The position numbers and the translations under genes were made by a program. DNA of 64,000 nt from Tubulanus polymorphus (lineage: Eukaryota; Animalia; Nemertea), in the NCBI RefSeq assembly GCF_964204645.1, contig NC_134028.1, positions 12,137,263 to 12,201,262 on the forward strand. Direction: 5' to 3'. The notes below the pieces were generated by a model, which saw only the letters and a program-made list of their open reading frames with translations, did not search any database and was not told where the DNA came from. Below, piece by piece: positions 60,486-64,000 of the stretch (positions are counted from its first letter, which is position 1; the number at the start of each line of letters is the position of its first letter).

Positions 60486-62935
60486 ATTAGGGTTTTCTGT
60501 TACATCACAGAAAACCCTATCGAGATTCGCGTGATTATTATTATTATTTTATGTCACACTATTTTCACTAAAGAACAAAGGCTTTGTTACCTTGCCGCTG
60601 TTGTCGATAAAATCCGTATGATATCATTCAACTCACTGAGATCTACAAATACTCTGCGTGTTTTTTGAAGAATCAACGTTACAAAAGCACTATCGGGCCG
60701 TAAACATCGAAAATTGAGCCCCATTCAAAGAGCCGACATGTTTTTCTAAGTCATCTTTCCGAAATCTACCGCATGTTTCTCGCACGTCGATTATCAATTC
60801 AAGCATAAATTAACAAATTTATTACCCAAAGATTGCACATTCAGTCGCGGTTTTTAAAAACTAATTTTAACAAAAGCCCATTTTCCTCATAAAATCATAT
60901 TACTGATACACAGGAAATTTACTACTTTAGATTTTAAAAGCACTGTAGGCGGTAAACATCGACGAATCGACGTGTGTCACTACATCGTCGTTCCGGGGAT
61001 CAGCTGCAAGTTTCTCCTCATCATGAGAATCAAATCGAGTACAAATAAATTCATTACTACCAGTGATTTGGCCGCGGGCTTCAAGCAGTTAGTTTAACAA
61101 TACCTATATTTCTTTACCAAATTAACCGTGTATTTATTAAGATAAATCATTAGTGTACCAGGGAGTGGTAGGCCTAAACTAAACACGCCAAAGAGATATA
61201 GCGGAGAAAAGCTTTTGTGTCGACGAGGTATCAAAATAAAAGAATATATTACTTTATTCGGCCGCGGGCTTCAACCTCTATATCAATACCATCAATACTC
61301 AATATATTTCCAACAGTATATACCGATCATTGTCAAATGCACAAGGTATTTACTAAATACAAGTATTTAACACACTCCTATCCGTATGATGGACTTCCAC
61401 TTGACATTCGGAGTAAGCGTTCGCTGTGGGGGAAGGAGATCGTTCGCTGTGTCGCTTGAAGTGTTTATCCAGTTTTACGCGACCTTAAGGCTTTAGGCCT
61501 ACCGGCGCTTTACTGTCTCAAACAAGCACAGTATAATTGTTGCGTTCATTAACGGACTCATTGGATTGAACTTCAAAACAAAATTTACGATATTTAGGAG
61601 GGTTGTTATTCCCTAGGCCTACGACCAATCTGTCCGGATGTTAGGCCTACGCATATACATAGGCCTACATAGGCTAGTAGCCTCTACGAGGTAAAAGCTA
61701 AGTTCACTATAAAGGAGGAAGCAGATTTATCAAAATGCATGTTAATTAGTGATTAACTGGTGTCAACTTGCAACGATCAATCACAATTATCAATTTATTT
61801 GGCAAAAATGAAGATTTTTTGGAAAATTTCGCCTGAGCAGACAGCTTTATAAGCCAGACTTTTCATTTGAGTTTTTTCATCATAAATGAAACTGGTATTT
61901 CATTAATTCCTAATGACTTAAGCCGGCGTAGGGCGGCCTTGCAACGGCTTGTGACTCACTGCAATGCCATTAACTGCGACCGCCAGCGACGATTGAGTCG
62001 TAACGACTCATCGACCTATGCTCCCTTGCGACGGTTTGCGACTGTCAGCAACGCCAGTCACAAGGAGTCGCACGGGTTCTACTTTCTGCGAGGCGACACA
62101 ACTGTCACAACCGACCTACGTGCCCTTGCGACTGGCAGAAACTAGTCACACACAGTCGCTGACAATCGTATTGCAACCGACTTGCACCGAAACATGCGAT
62201 GCAACGCGAGGATCGCATCGCGTCGCAAGGCCGACCTATGTCCGGCTACGTGAGTTACTGTGGAGCCCCAGAAATATCTTTTTTTTCGTTCATAAGACCT
62301 TTCGCTTGAAAATTATTTCATTGGAACAAAATTTATTTCGTTCGGACCAATAAGTATTTCATTCATTCGAAACAGAATTGTTTTCATTTAAACATTCGTT
62401 CGAAAAAAAATTGTTTTCGCTCAACCAAATTTTTTTGCCGAGAAAAAAAGTTTTTCATTTCAACAATAACATAGCTTTTTATTCGAACACATTTTTTGTC
62501 AGAATGAAGAAAAGTTTTGGTTCAAACAAAAAGCGTATTGTTCGATCAATTTTCTTGTCGGAACATTAAGTTTTTTGGTCGAACGGCGTGTTAAGGTCGT
62601 TTTGGAAATTTACTCGCTCTGGTATATTTTGGATTACTGTGTATGTCATTTGTAAGGACATTAAACAGAAGACGACTTCGGATACTACCTTGCGTGACTC
62701 CACTAGTTAGATCGACTTATTCAAAGATGAGGCGTTCCATTGATTTCGGCTTCAAGTTTTCGTTCGGAGGTAACTGCTGAGCCATTTGAGCGACCTATCA
62801 TTGATACTGCTTCCTAATAGCCTGTTCAGTAATGGCTGATGTTGTGCCTTATCAAATGCTTTGTCGAAATCCACCGTAGAACAGGATTCTAAGACTGTGC
62901 AGAAAACCCTTTATCGCTGCTTTGCAGCTATATTT
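60486..62935 (-). repeat. Hairpin-ended repeat family B, complete copy B3 (~2.45 kb, inverted)
   Basis: Reverse complement of the B1/B2 body from the AAATATAGCTGC start to the GGGTTTTCTGT..ACAGAAAACCC hairpin. Confidence 0.8.
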
Positions 62936-63121
62936 TAAGTTGTTATCGGTCCAATTATTATTAAAAAGTCTTTGAAAGTGATAGACATTGGTCCTATAAC
63001 CGGCCATATTTCACTCTAAAGTATAAAGCAAAACAAATCGATCTGACGTATTTGTTCCTGCCTACCACTGTCCAAGGTGTCAAGCTTTCACGTAGTGCCC
63101 AGGGCAGTTGTTAAAGCAAAG

Positions 63122-63430
63122 AGATCTGCATAATTTAAAGTAGTAGAATGAACAATGTAATATGTTTTCATCGATATTATAAAAAACTGTACCTCGACAG
63201 CACAGGACCTTTGGTCCTCTAGTTTATAATATCGATGAAAACATATTACATTGTTCATTCTACTACTCTTTAGAGTACGCAGATCTGTTTCAACCCAATA
63301 TGAAAAAATCTTGAATACAAACTTGCCGGATCTATTTTTGCAGCGTATTTGACCCCATGTATCGGATCTTTTGTTAATTCAATGACTGTAAAAATGGTGT
63401 GCTTTGGTTCACTGTAAACGTACACGACAC
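63122..63430 (-). repeat. Repeat related (inverted) to 59091-59265, containing a local ~45-60 bp-arm palindrome
   Basis: 63137-63182 is the reverse complement of 63223-63268. 63185-63225 and 63305-63430 match 59091-59265 inverted. Confidence 0.7.
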
Positions 63431-64000
63431 GATACCGACACAGCTCAAAGAAGAGCTAAAAATTCAGTTAATTATTTCCAAACTACATTTTCCAATGCAT
63501 TTCTTTGAAAGAATCGAATGATTTAGATTTCATCTTTTATTTTCGATCACTCATCATCGTGCATGAGATACTAATCTTCCATTACAAGCACGAGCGGGGC
63601 GGCCAATCATATGTGCGATCATTTGAAGGCTTTACGACTATATCTTTAATTAAACCCTCCAAAAGTTTATGAACTAAAATATATGAATGATGTACGCGGG
63701 AAAAAAAAAGCAAAAACGGTGTCAGAATTTGATTTAATCATGTACCCAGGTTGATGGGTTCCAGTAGGCTATTTGACGCTTTTTTGTTTTGAGAGCCACA
63801 AACGCTGATACAGCGAGTGTAGTGCACACGTGTCGCTTGTGTTTACAAACAGAATGTGGAGCAAACACACTGCAAACAAGATGGTGGAAACACTATTGTG
63901 AAAAATCTTGTCCCAGGCAACCATCGCCGCCAAACATACTGATCGTAAACATGCAATTGTTTACCGGATCCAATTGACACAAAAAATTCATTAAAAGCAT

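Overview
AT-rich eukaryotic (most likely invertebrate animal) genomic DNA. A single host gene runs through the window on the minus strand. It is a KATNIP/KIAA0556-like gene (DUF4457 repeats) with three well-supported exons (28560-28781, 20089-20235, 18933-19173) and several phase-compatible small candidate exons. Its introns are filled with mostly decayed transposable elements. These are: the 3' end of a BEL/Pao element inserted inside a candidate splice donor; an internally deleted DIRS1 tyrosine-recombinase retrotransposon with ITR/ICR structure and an MTase domain; a short-LTR Gypsy element; Penelope GIY-YIG remnants with hammerhead-like motifs; many MITEs; and a family of hairpin-ended (Helentron/HINE-like) repeats. 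The most striking structure is a deep nest in the ~29 kb intron: HINE-like repeat > second HINE-like copy > Gmr1-type Gypsy (PR-INT-RT-RH order, SCAN-like gag) > two-gene Kolobok transposon (THAP-DDE transposase plus an apparently intact P2X7-ballast-like KolX gene) > piggyBac. The three inner layers are delimited by TSDs, and empty-site paralogues in the same window confirm the two Gypsy insertions. All family assignments come from motif recognition by eye; no database searches were run.
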